A stretch of 64,000 nucleotides of DNA from Octopus vulgaris (lineage: Eukaryota). The stretch covers positions 43,524,001 through 43,588,000 of the forward strand of contig OX597816.1 in assembly GCA_951406725.2 (NCBI GenBank), in the 5' to 3' direction. The translations under genes and the position numbers were made by a program. The notes below the pieces were generated by a model. That model was not told the origin of the DNA, made no database searches, and saw only the letters and a list, made by a program, of their open reading frames with translations. Of this stretch, positions 1 to 12,290 are shown piece after piece. How positions within the stretch are numbered: position 1 is the first letter of the stretch; each line of letters starts with the position of its first letter.

Positions 1-16
1 TAATAACGTCACGTGT

Positions 17-370
17 TAAGTAGCTTGTTTACCAACCACATGGTTCCGGGTTCAGTCCCACTGCGTGGCATGTTGGGCAAGTGTCTTCTACTATAGCCTC
101 GGGCCGACCAAAGCCTTGTGAGTGGATTTGGTAGACGGAAACTGAAAGAAGCCCGTCGTATATATGTGTATATATATGTATGTGCGTGTATGTTTGTGTG
201 TCTGTGTTTATGTCCCCGTCACTTAGCGGTTCGGCAAAAGAGACCGATAGAATAAGTACTGGGCTTACAAAAGAATAAGTCCCAGGGTCGAGTTGCTCGA
301 TTAAAGGCGGTGCTCCAGCATGGCCGCAGTCAAAATGACTGAAACAAGTAAAAAAAAAAAAAAAAAAAGA
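17..370 (+). mobile_element. tRNA-derived SINE family A (CORE-like), 5'-truncated
   Basis: B-box GGTTCAGTCCC, CORE-like TTGGGCAAGTGTCTT, internal (TA/TG)n, 3' end GACTGAAACAAGTAAAA; many similar copies in the window. Confidence 0.85.
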
Positions 371-735
371 AAGATTGGAAAAAATGTTTATAATTACGCG
401 GTAACTATTTTCAATGCATTTATTCGTTTTTTTTTTCTTCTCTCTTTTGCTCTTTGTGTTTTGTGTATGTTTGTATGTCTGTGTGTATATAACGACACGT
501 TTATATTGGAATGACATTGTTCGTATATTTTCTTAGACTGAGTATGAATGGCAACACGAAGAAGGCAAGCAAAGCACTCGCGTTTCAATCATCACGCACG
601 ACACAATGCCATCATACATATTCACATATTCATTCATACACACAAAGTTTGCATGCCACACATGCGTATACTTATACATACATAAAAAAAAACATGTTGA
701 AATATTTACATATATGCATGTGTATGACTGTAGAC

Positions 736-791
<56 letters not shown>

Positions 792-964
792 GGCGTAGGA
801 GTGGCTGTGTAGTAAGTAGCTTGCTTACGAACCACATGGTTCCGGGTTCAGTCCCACTGCGTGGCACCTTGGGCAAGTGTCTTCTGCTATAGCCTCGGGC
901 TGACCAAAGCCTTGTGAGTGGATTCGGTAGACGGATAGACGGAAACTGAAAGAAGCCCGTCGTA

Positions 965-1019
<55 letters not shown>

Positions 1020-1237
1020 TTGTGTGTCTGTTTGTCCTCCCAACATCGCTTGACAACCGATGCTGGTGTGTTTACGTCCCCGTAACTTAGCGGTTCGGCA
1101 AAAGAGACCGATAGAATAAGTACTAGGCTTACAAAAAATAAGTCCTGGGGTCGATTTGCTCGACTAAAGGCGGTGCTCCAGCATGGCCACAGTCAAATGA
1201 CTAAAACAAGTAAAAGAGTAAAAGGGAGTAAAAGAGT
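792..1237 (+). mobile_element. SINE family A, full length
   Basis: GGCGTAGGAGTGGCTGTG head with A/B boxes, ACCTTGGGCAAGT, internal microsatellite, (GTAAAAGA)n tail. Confidence 0.9.
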
Positions 1238-1755
1238 ATGTATATATATATATATATATGTATGTATATATGGGCATAAATGTATGAATGTAAATATGTA
1301 AAAATAGATGGACGTATATCGTGTACAAGCAGAGATGTTATATTATGGAAAGATGTCAGATGCATACAATATATTTAGTTTGTTATATACCAGTAAAATA
1401 CTTCGGCCGCACTATTTCGCATGCATTCACGTTATCAGCGCTCTTTTTTTTGTTTTTAACCCCCTTTTCCTAAATTAGATTACCGTCATGTCGCAGTACC
1501 GTCCACTGGTTACATAGTCGTCTATTTTTCAATACAGTCGACACCATTCCAGCAAAAAAAAAAAGAAATAATAGTAAGAAAAGGCAAAGACAAAATTCAC
1601 ACATAGGGTAGTATTAAAAGATCTTTACTCCCAAAATAGGGTTCTGTATGTTATTTTTTATTGAAGGGAGTGGGCACTTTACCAATCCTGATTTTGTTCA
1701 TGCAATACCTATCTACCTACCAATACGTACGTGTGTGCGAGGATATATGTACATA

Positions 1756-1915
1756 CAGTAATCTTTCGACTATTGCAGGTGTTACGTTCCAACCCCATCC
1801 CGCCGCGATAGGTGAAAATCCGTGAAGTAGAAATAGTACTGAACTGTATATTTTTATTATTATTATTTATAATAATTCGTATATATTCATTTTATTATAA
1901 ATGCAAAGCAACACC
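1756..1915 (+). mobile_element. Tigger/pogo-like DNA transposon terminal fragment
   Basis: TA|CAGTAATCTTTCGACTAT start typical of Tigger TIRs; homologous to 21463-21603. Confidence 0.6.
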
Positions 1916-3215
1916 ACACACTAGCGTCCTGTGTTTCGTTCTCCATACAGTATGCGCGAAAGGAAACTGGGAACCCGGCCCTTATGAGCCAGCTGTGGCC
2001 CGAGAAGGAACAAACAAAACAACAAACAACAATTTTCAGTTATTTGCGTGCATAGTTGTGAATGTATGTATGCGTCGGATCTTTTCCTTTTGATATGCAG
2101 AATTCAACACAATTTCTAGTTAACTAAACACTTTTAAACTTCGTATACTGGTAGAATGTGTCAAAAGAAAACATTATTTTCACTTGGCTTTTTTGATAAA
2201 TTTGTAATTCGTTTGTTTAACGCAGTTTAATTTTTCGAATTTTAACCAATCGTATGCTCTCTTTTGAGCTGAAATCATTTGCTGCGTTATCGATATTGAT
2301 AAACAAACGAGGAGGGTTGTGTTGGCATGTGTCTAGTTTATAAGTTATCTGTACACCTGTACACGCATATAACAGAGTGATATGTGTGTGTGTGTGTGTG
2401 TGTGTATTGATGTTGTTTAGTTGTAGTTTAGCCCTGGTCGACTAACTTAATATCAAAAGAATTTCATCTGTAATCTTGGGCGCAGTCACAGCTCTGTAGA
2501 TAACTAGTTCGCTTCACAACCGAGGCGTTCCGGGTTTCATGCCAGTTTAGCGACAAAAGTTTTCAACCATGATCTCAAGCAGATCAATACCACCAGATTT
2601 GGAATTAAGTTAAATGAAATATATGTAAAAAAAAACCATCTCGCGCCTGAGTAGTTTTCGCTGTATATTGATGAGGTTGTAAACAAAGGCGAAAAAGAAA
2701 AAAAAATCGGTGATGTTCAATTGGAGTTCATAGTTACAAATACGTCTTTGTCGTTGCCCGCCATCATTAAAAAAAAAAATGAACCAGTGAGTTGTATTTC
2801 GTAAATTTGTGATCAATTACATTATTGTTGTTCATACATTGCGATATAAAATAAATTAATAAGATAAATAAATAAAATAAATAAATAAACAAAGTTGCTT
2901 TGTATTATCCAGTGAATCCACTGTGTTCTTCAATATTTTTTTTTTTTTATGATAGGGTTGTCGGATGTGATTCGAGGAAGATTTTAACGTTTTCAGTTTG
3001 TTTATTAGCGACCGACAGGACTATCGATAGCATTAAACGCAGCGTCATAAATACAAGGAGTCAGTGTAAATCGAAAGCCTGCAAACAACGATGCTATTGT
3101 TTTATACAATACGGCTTTAAATAAATAAATAAATTGATCAAAGTTTTTAAAGAACTTTTTGTGTTATCCAATGTGCTTCCACCACTTCTGTTGTAAGAGA
3201 ACAAGGTGGGATTAA

Positions 3216-3636
3216 GGCGGCGAACTGGCAGAAACGTTAGCGCGCCGGGCGAAATGCTTAGCAGTATTTCGTCTGCCATTACGTTCTCAGTTCAAATTCC
3301 GCCGAGGTCGACTTTGCCTTTCATCCTTTCTGGGTCGATTAAATAAGTACCAGTTACACACTGGGGTCGATGTAATCGATTTAATCCGTTTGTCTGTCCT
3401 TGTTTGTTCTCTCTGTGTTTAGCCCCTTGTGGATAGTAAAGAAATAGAAATAGGTATTTCGTCTGCCGTTTCGTTCTGAGTTCAAACTCCGCCAATGTCG
3501 ACTTTGCCTTTCATTCTTTCGGGGTCGATAAATTAAGTACCAGTTACGCACTCGGGTCGATGTAATCGAATTAATCCGTTTGTCTGTCCTTGTTTGTCCC
3601 CTCTATGGTTAGCCTTTTGTGGGCAATAAAGAAATA
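3216..3636 (+). mobile_element. SINE family B, head-to-tail dimer
   Basis: GGCGGCGA(G/A)CTGGCAGAA head, GTTCAAATTCC B-box, GCCTTTCATCCTTTC-GGGTCGAT core; second unit starts at GGTATTTCG (3453). Confidence 0.85.
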
Positions 3637-3717
3637 AAAACAAGGAGTGATTTGAGAAAGATCTGGCTGTTTTAGGGAGTCGAGCCACCCCATGAGAGGC
3701 TTAGTCAATTAATTAGC

Positions 3718-3844
3718 TCATCCTTTCGGGGTCGATAAATTAATTACCAGTTACGCACTGAGGTCGATGTAATCGATTTAATGCCTTTGTCTGTCTTTGT
3801 TCGTCCCCTCTATGTTTAGCCCCTTGTGGGCAATAAAGAAATAA
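3718..3844 (+). mobile_element. SINE family B 3' fragment
   Basis: TCATCCTTTCGGGGTCGATAAAT...CCCCTTGTGGGCAATAAAGAAATA. Confidence 0.8.
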
Positions 3845-4179
3845 ATATTCATCTACCTTTACTCAAATGGTTATGTCTATTAGCCAAAAATTCGTACAGT
3901 TTATCTGTCTTCGGCATTGTTTCATTTTACCAAATATTACTTGGAAGGCAGGTGTTGACTCCAAGTTACGACAGAATGTACGATAGAGGAATCAAACAGA
4001 GTACTAGGTATTTTACATAGAAGCGAATTTCAGTTCGTTCAGAAATTTTGGCATACTTCAACATCTTACCAGAATTATTGAAATCCATTCCATTGGTGCT
4101 ATTTGAACTCAGAGCCTGTGATCCAGAACAAATTATCTTAAAACATTGTATCCAATGCTCTAACGGTAAACGATAAACG

Positions 4180-4460
4180 TCGCCCTTTTCAAGCCCAGCC
4201 AGGCTCATGGGCCCGGTTTCCCGGTTTCTGTGGCGTATGTGTCCCCCCCCCCAGCTGGATGGGACGCCAGTCCATTGCAGCGTTACTCAAGAAACAGGAA
4301 GTGAGTGAGAGGAAGTTGTGGCGAAAGAGTGCAACAGGGGTCGCCACCCCCCCCCCCTGCCGGAGCCTCGTAAAGCTTTTAGGTGTTTTCGCCCAATAAA
4401 CACACACAACGCCCGGTGTGCGAGTCTGCTGCTTTAACCATTGTGCCATTGCGCCTCCAC
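4180..4460 (-). mobile_element. SINE family C with internal deletion of the B-box region
   Basis: Minus-strand GTGGAGGCGCAATGG head and ATGGACTGGCGTCCC...GGCCCATGAGCC tail as in 18160-18487. Confidence 0.8.
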
Positions 4461-5084
4461 AACTGATGCTCTTGCGATAGATAGCAAATTTGTTGTCAGC
4501 CGCTATATCGACACACACATACATATACCCATGCTTGCGTGTGCGCGCGTGCACACACATACACACACATGCACACACACATACACACACACACATCTAT
4601 GTAAATAAGAAGCAACTTTTCTTTCAGGCGTGTTACTTTAAAAATACAACTATGTTGAAGTTTGATTAATTTCCTTAAATAATTTTTCGTGTTGCCTTAT
4701 TTATTCCTTTACATTCGATTTTGGAACAATAATGCTTATAAATCCATTGAACTGACGTTCTGAGACCTTCTCTGGCTTATTCAGAAATTAAACTGCTGCA
4801 CAATTGTGTAGGCGCATGTTCTCCGGGATGTCGCAAAGGGATTTGGAATAAAATCCTCCATAATGGATTTAAAATTATGTAACAGCAAATCCTGGTAGCC
4901 TGCATTATACCATGACATATGTTTGCATCTGTGTTTAATTTAGGTTTCTATTTTGTTATTAGTGGAGCTTCCAAAGTTATTCATCTGATTTCTGTAGAAT
5001 TCTATATTGTATAGCATAGTCAACGTGGGTATATATAATACGCACACATACACACACTTACACACCAACACACACACACCTACT

Positions 5085-5353
5085 GAATCGACCAGATGTT
5101 ATACATCTCCTGGTCTGAATGCGATTGTTGTAAACTTCAGATGATGTCACCCCACTGGCTAGGCGGTCGGTCGGTCGGGTAGGTCATCATTCTTCCTAAC
5201 GGGGTGCTACACCGTCGCAGGGTTACCCAGTTATAGCCACGTGGGGAATGCATCGTGAAATGAAATATTTTGTTCAAGAACACAAATCGTCCCCGATCCA
5301 GGAATCGAAACCATAATTTTATAATCATGACTGTAACACCCTAACCACTGAGC

Positions 5354-5355
<2 letters not shown>
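5085..5355 (-). mobile_element. SINE with family D head and a tail resembling that of 16687-16800
   Basis: Minus TGGCTCAGTGGTTAGG...GGTTTCGATTCCTGG, CTTGAACAAAATATTTCATTTCAC; tail similar to 16690-16790. Confidence 0.6.
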
Positions 5356-5384
<29 letters not shown>

Positions 5385-5475
5385 ACACACACGACGTATA
5401 TATGCGTGAGGTACATATTCCAGGAATCGAAACCATAATTTTATAATCATGACTGTAACACCCTAACCACTGAGC

Positions 5476-5506
<31 letters not shown>

Positions 5507-6140
5507 CGTATATATGCGTGAGGTACATATTCCAGGAATCGAAACCATAATTCTATAATCATGACTGTAACACCCTAACCACTGAGCCACACACACACAC
5601 ACACGACGTATATATGCGTGAGGTACATATTCCAGGAATCGAAACCATAATTCTATAATCATGACTGTAACACCCTAACCACTGAGCCACACACACACAC
5701 ACACACACGACGTATATATGCGTGAGGTACATATTCCAGGAATCGAAACCATAATTTTATAATCATGACTGTAACACCCTAACCACTGAGCCAGCCACAC
5801 ACACACACACACACACGACGTATATATGCGTGAGGTACATATTCCAGGAATCGAAACCATAATTCTATAATCATGACTGTAACACCCTAACCACTGAGTC
5901 ACACACACACACACACACACACGACGTATATATGCGTGAGGTACATATTCCAGGAATCGAAACCATAATTCTATAATCATGACTGTAACACCCTAACCAC
6001 TGAGCCACACACACACACACGACGTATATATGCGTGAGGTACATATTCCAGGAATCGAAACCATAATTTTATAATCATGACTGTAGCACCCTAACTACTG
6101 AGCCAGACACACACGACGTATATATGCGTGAGGTACATAT
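5298..6140. repeat. Tandem array of 8 units (~93-122 bp): SINE head + (CA)n + 5' flank
   Basis: Units start at 5298, 5420, 5532, 5632, 5736, 5844, 5950, 6048 (CCAGGAATCGAAACC); length varies mainly with the (CA)n tract. Confidence 0.95.
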
Positions 6141-7013
6141 GTGAAGACATATATACATGAAATTTTTTTAAGGAGATATTTCAGTTATTCCTGCAGTGAA
6201 TAAATATTTTCTTTAATATTGTTAACTGTGTAATATACATGCGCAGCATGTCGTAGAGTTCTTTTTAATTGATATGCTTTACATCTGTTCATCATGGGGG
6301 ACACCAAAATAGTTCCCGTTGATTGCACACGTCCGATGAGACTTTGTTGCTGTAGTTGGTTAAGCTCCAGTTATTTAGAAAATATTAAGAATGGCATTCT
6401 AGAAATAATCTATTTTCGTTTGTGTATGAAGTGTATTTAAGACTTACATTTCTTGATGTAGGGTGTAATTGAATGAAATATGGCAGCCATTTCTAGAACA
6501 CCGAGCTACGAAAGGGTGACCTCCCTTGTTTGGATGTGTTTTAAATGCATGGGCGAGGAGTTGTAATAATGGCAAGAAATTCTATGAGTAGGGATATAAG
6601 TTAGGTGTTTAGAGAAGATACAAAGTCAGCCATTATCATTTACAAGGAAGCATGTTAATAGAGTTGAGGGATTCCCGAGATACTCTTGAGATGATGGAGT
6701 AGGAAATAGGGAAAGCTTGCTTTCTCAATAGAATACATGCTGCAGTGTAACTTCCTGTCAGAAGATTTCTTATCCGATAGGTTAATGACGGGTGTGAAAT
6801 CTATAAGTAGGCATCATTCCGAGTAACATGTAAGAAACCTTATTGATGTCAAGGTCAACGACTTCAACACAGTAGACTTTTATAGAAAAAGACCATTAGC
6901 GAAAAGCTACTGAAGACGAGTTCTCCATTATATCTGGCTTTGTGAAATTCATTACCGCATCTGAAACTAATGGACTGCCTAATTTCTTTTATGTATGTGT
7001 GTGTGTGTGTCTT

Positions 7014-7143
<130 letters not shown>

Positions 7144-7494
7144 GTAGATGTGTTATATATATATATATATATATATATAGATAGATAGATAGATAGATAT
7201 AGATATACATATACATACGCATGTAGGTATGTGTGTATGTATGTATATAGGTTGTCGCGTTAATCTCGTGCTTAAACGGAAAGCAATCAATGAAAGTGCA
7301 CAAGTTACTTATTTAAATCATTAATGGTCATACGAAAGTACAGGTCGCCAAACGCGCAATTTCACAATCCCCCTTCAGAATATTTGGGTTCATATTTTCT
7401 AGGAAATTACTTTATTGTTGCTTGTTTATTCGTTTTTTTTTTCCCATTTTGTTACATTATTATTATTATTGCTGTTGTTGTTGTTGTTGTTGTT

Positions 7495-7710
7495 ACGGTG
7501 GCAATCTAGCAGATGCGTCAAGCACGCCGGGCAAAATGCTTAGCGGGATTTCTTCTGTCCTTAAGTTCTGAGTTCAAATTCCACCCAGGTCGACTTTGCC
7601 TTTCATCCTTTCGGGGTCGTTAAATTAAGTACCAGCCAAGAACTGGGGTCGATGTAATCGAATATTCCCTCCCACCCAAATTTCAGGCTTTGTGCCTATT
7701 ATAGAAAGGA
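7495..7710 (+). mobile_element. SINE family B, older tail variant
   Basis: B core plus CCCAAATTTCAGGCTTTGTGCCTATTATAGAAAGG tail, flanked by (TTA/TTG)n. Confidence 0.75.
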
Positions 7711-7872
7711 TTGTTATTGTTATTGTTATTATGCAGTATTTGATAATTTCAGGCAGATTTCTACTGTATCACCTGCTACCCCTCCGTGTTGCTAGTTTGT
7801 ATGCTGCATTGTGTTCTTTTCTGTTGCTGGGGGTGTGCAAAACTCTTGTATTGCATTGAGTCACTTTGTTAA

Positions 7873-8287
7873 GGCAGCGAGCTGGCAGAAACGTTAGCGC
7901 GCCGGGCGAAATGCTTAGCGGTATTTCGTCTGTCGTTACGTTCCGAGTTCAAATTCCGCCGAGGTCGACTTTGCCTTTCACCCTTTCGGGGTCGATAAAT
8001 AAAGTACCAGTTCCGCACTGGGGTCGATGTAATCAACTTAATCCCTTTGTCTGTCCTTGTTTGTCACCTCTATGTTTAGCCCCTTGTGGGTAATAAAGAA
8101 ATAGGTATTTCGTCTGTCGTTACGTTCTGTGTTCAAATTCCGCCGAGGTCGACTTTGCATTTCATCCTTTCGGGATCGATAAATAAAATACCAGTTTCGC
8201 ACTGGGGTCGATGTAATCAACTTAATCCCTTTGTCTGTCCTTATTTGTCCCCTCTATGTTTAGCCCCTTGTGGGCAGCAAAGAAATA
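7873..8287 (+). mobile_element. SINE family B dimer
   Basis: Junction AAAGAAATA|GGTATTTCG at 8103/8104. Confidence 0.85.
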
Positions 8288-8352
8288 TATGGTTGCAGTA
8301 TTGTTTTGTACTAGGGTTTGTACCGTGTGATTTGTGTGTTGTTGTTATTTAA

Positions 8353-8560
8353 GGCGGCGAGCTGGCAGAATTGTTAGCACGTCAGGCAAAAATGCTTAAC
8401 GGCATTTCTTCCCTTTTTACATTCTGAGCTCAAATTCCGCCCAGGTCAACTTTGCTTTTCATCCCTTCGGTGAAGTACCGGTGAAATACTGGGGGTCGAT
8501 GTAATTGACTAGTCTCCTCTCCTTAAATTTCAGGCCTTGAACCTTTAGCAGAAAAGGATT
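8353..8560 (+). mobile_element. SINE family B, older tail variant
   Basis: GGCGGCGAGCTGGCAGAA head; TTTCAGGCCTTG tail followed by (ATT)n. Confidence 0.75.
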
Positions 8561-10108
8561 ATTATTGTTATTATTTGTTTTGGATGAGTGGTGCAAATAC
8601 AGAAAAGAGAGAAAGTCGGATTAAGTACTCCGCAATTTTCAAAGATTTTTTACTCCCTGAGCTCAAGTCTAGTTTTAGATCAGCTTTAATTTTCCTTTCA
8701 CTTTTGTCGATAAAAAAGTACTAGACAAGTTCTGAGATATATTTTGAATCAGTTACAGCCAACAGATTTAAGCACTGCTGTATGATATCGCATACAACAC
8801 TAACGCCCACACACATATTCTTACACACTTGCACGCATACCACGAACATGCACATACTCATTACTCTCTGCCTGTTTTTAATAGTTATTTCTAACATGCG
8901 GGTAGCAGTTTAGTCTGTTACATCTACCCAGTTACACCCAGTTACATCCCTGTTAATTCATCTTACCGACACAGAAAGCATGAAAAGCAAAATTGATTTC
9001 AGTGACCAATAATAACTTGTGATCTCGTGGGAATATTAGAGATTGTTAATCTTGTATACGTTGTTCAACTCGAGGATAACTCTGATTGAAAAGACTTTTA
9101 TAATCAAAGGTATTTCTCCAGTATTGTGATCATTTTTTTTTCTTTTTTAATTTTGCGTTAGTATATCTAGGAAAACAATCCAACGTGTCTATAATGTTTT
9201 AACATAGTAGGATATGGATTCAGAGATATGTGACTGCTACATTTACCAAGGCGAGGGTCCATGAAGAGGATTACATCTTTGGGTTGTTAATGACAGAGTT
9301 ATAAAAAGAACAGAAAACACACAGAAACTAAAGAGCATCGTGTGAAACAGATTTCGCGATGTAGTTACAGTCGATGCTTTATGCTTTGCGCTCAGATACC
9401 GTCATGGGAGACTTGATGTTTCAACTTTCTAAGGTCAGTGCATACCCCTCCCTATTGAATAATAGTGTGGGCTCGGTTGGAATGGCTGCACCTCATCATA
9501 AGTATCTGGCCTTGTGTCAATAAAAGACATCACTAGAGACATCTATTGGCACATATGTATGCGTATTTTGATTAAGTTTCGGGAGTGTCACACTCATGAT
9601 GATGTAATCTAGTCGTATCTATTTCTAGATCAATGAATACATTCATAAATGAAGATGATCACTTTAGACAGCGTCTAAATTTTTAATGATTTTATTTATA
9701 ACAACATACACAGCACGGTAGAACAGCCATCATCACGCATCACACAGAATCATTGATACTAAAGTTAAATAGCTGGAGTAACAGAAACAGGAGAATTCTA
9801 TCCAAAATGCGTTTTACTTATTAATTCCGTGTCTTATGTTCGGAGTTCAAAACCAGCCGGAATTCTAAGTTTGGCCTCATACTCTGATACTTCCTGTGTT
9901 GATATAACAACAACTACTTAAACATATCCGGTGTTCAAATCAATGAACTACGAAATCGGGCATTGTGCCAATGTACTATTGCCGTTGTCGCTATTATACT
10001 ATCTTTATACACAAACTCTCAAATCAGGTTTGTTATTCATTTAGTCAAAGATCATCTAAATTTACTTCGGACAGCCTCGCTTTCTCTCTCTCTCTCCTTC
10101 TGACTCCC

Positions 10109-10139
<31 letters not shown>

Positions 10140-10149
10140 TGTAAGGCAC

Positions 10150-10310
10150 ACGTTCTTTTATCGTACTATTCTTTTTTTCTCTCTGGACCATTTCCTCTTT
10201 TATACGAAGAGCCATGCTCGAAACATCACATCCCCTCTTTTTTACCTTCTTAAACTGATCGTCAACTTCATTCATTGTGTACATCCTTTGAGTGTTTTTG
10301 TTTTAATTTC
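10150..10310 (+). mobile_element. Penelope-like short repeat with decayed minimal hammerhead
   Basis: TATACGA-A-GAGC-CAT-GCTC-GAAA-CA-TC at 10201-10227; resembles 11055-11207 and 43395-43565. Confidence 0.5.
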
Positions 10311-10318
10311 TCTCTCTC

Positions 10319-10358
<40 letters not shown>

Positions 10359-10384
10359 GTATATATATATATATATATATATTA

Positions 10385-10690
10385 CTGTTTTGTTCTCACT
10401 GTCCTGTTTTTGTTACCACTTTCACCCCCCGCAAAAAATCCCAAATTTTAATTTGCTTTGCGGGAAGGACTGTTTTAACGAAGTCCCGTCTTGTCCCTAT
10501 CTTCGAAACGGGGAGTAGATAAAACAGAGGACAACTGATGAAGGGAATGCTTTTTATGTTGCTGTCTCGTTTCTCTGTTTGTTTCTTTCTTTCGTTGTTC
10601 GAACAAAAATTCGTTTTCTACGTTTTTGTTTTTTATGTTCTTTCTCATTTTGTCCATGTTTTTTGATGCCCTGTACCCATATATGCATGT
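10385..10690 (+). mobile_element. Dispersed repeat (probably Penelope-like) carrying the rearranged hammerhead
   Basis: Shared blocks CTGTCCTGTTTTTGTTACCA, CCAAATTTTA, CAACTGATGAAGGG, GATGCCCTGTACCCAT with 58350-58630 (-); partly shared with 16430-16616 (-). Confidence 0.75.
10470..10548 (+). ncRNA. Candidate non-circularly permuted hammerhead ribozyme, intact core
   Basis: UCCCG-UC|UUGUCC (10484-96); AUCUUC-GAAA-CGGGG (10499-513); GGACAA-CUGAUGA-A-GGGAAU (10529-48); stems I and III pair fully, stem II weakly. Confidence 0.6.
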
Positions 10691-11132
10691 ATATATATAT
10701 ACATACATATGTAGGTATGTACATGTATGTTTGTATATATATATATGCATATGTTTATATATATCTATATATCTATCTATCTATCTATATATATATATAC
10801 ACACACACGAATGAATAGTTTCATACGACTTAAAGTTTCATGCGTTTGAAAGACGGATCCCTATCTCATAATATATCCGGAGAAGATATATCTAGATATA
10901 GGAATGCCTGATGGAATGAATCCGTCCTACTAGCTCACGAAACTTACATCATATGGAACTGAATCAAAATATGATGAGTGTGTTGGTGTGTGTGTATATA
11001 TATAGTCACTTCAAGTAAACAAACAAGTCAAATAAACGGATAGAAAAAACTATTAAAAAAATCCCCGAAAAACAACGAACGTGTGGACGTGCACAAGAAG
11101 TGTATTAGCTTGACGCTCGCTGTAAAGAGAGA

Positions 11133-11167
11133 GTTTAACGTTTCGAGCATAGTTCTTCGTCAGAAAG
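11133..11167 (-). ncRNA. Minimal type I hammerhead motif (Penelope type) within a repeat at ~11055-11207
   Basis: Minus strand CUUU-CUGACGA-A-GAAC-UAU-GCUC-GAAA-CG-UU-AAAC; palindromic ACGU stem III. Confidence 0.6.
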
Positions 11168-11257
11168 GAGAAAGGGGGAAAGTCCAAAGAAGGAGAAGAA
11201 GAAATCATACATATATATATGTATATATATATATGTATATATATATATGTATATATA

Positions 11258-11302
<45 letters not shown>

Positions 11303-11642
11303 CATATATATATACATATATATATGTATGATTTCTTCTTTTCTCGTACTATTCTTTTTTTCTCTCTGGACCATTCCTCTTTTATCAGCCGAAATTGCGA
11401 AGATGATCCGGTTCTTGACTGATGACTGAGGGCTTCGAATGTCCCGTCCCGTGGTTCTTGTGTCGTCTTCTAGGTGTTTCACGTTCTTGTCCCAGTTTGT
11501 ATATATTTTTTACTTTTTACATATATATATATATATATATACATACACAGACAGACATACATGCATACATACATACATGCATGTGCACACACGCACTTAC
11601 AGGCATATATGCACTTTGCTTGTGTCTGAAAATTCCACTGCC

Positions 11643-11674
<32 letters not shown>

Positions 11675-11888
11675 ACTTGGATGTAGTTCCTCACTTCGTA
11701 TGTCTGTCATTTCTATTAGTTACATTCGCTCATTCAATTTTTCCGCGTGTTTGTCTGCGTTTTTCTGTCTTTCCATCATATCAGGTCTCTTGATTTTCTG
11801 ACGTACCTGTTAATGTAATAACCATGTCGTTGATACGTGAATCTCTATCTCTTTCTAGTTCTCTCTCTCTCTTTCTCTCTCTCTCATT

Positions 11889-11950
<62 letters not shown>

Positions 11951-12182
11951 TAGGTGTTATTTGATTAATAATAGATAACGAATACTAATCTCATTGTTGT
12001 ACGGTTGTTCCTAGGTGTTTGTGTGCTGTTGCAGTTAGGAATAAATAATGTTTATAACGAAATATATTATGCTTTGTTCTGTCCTCCGTTCATTTCTTTC
12101 TTTTTGTATTTGTATACGTGTACGTGCGTGTCCTGGTATCTCAATCTTTCTCCCTGTCTTCACAACGACAATATCTACTTCA

Positions 12183-12253
<71 letters not shown>

Positions 12254-12290
12254 ACAGTATCAGTGCCAAGCAATGTTTAGGCATAACCGG

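Noticed and set aside
29-517. Recurrent peptides such as GFGRPEAIVEDTCP and RLPNPLTRLWSARG
   Set aside because: Read-through of SINE A copies, not a protein family.
5298-6140. CRISPR-like appearance of the repeat/variable-spacer array
   Set aside because: Spacers are (CA)n, the repeats are SINE heads, the context is eukaryotic, and there are no cas genes.
11416-11445. CTGATGA...GAATGTC string
   Set aside because: No GAAA and no convincing stems II/III.
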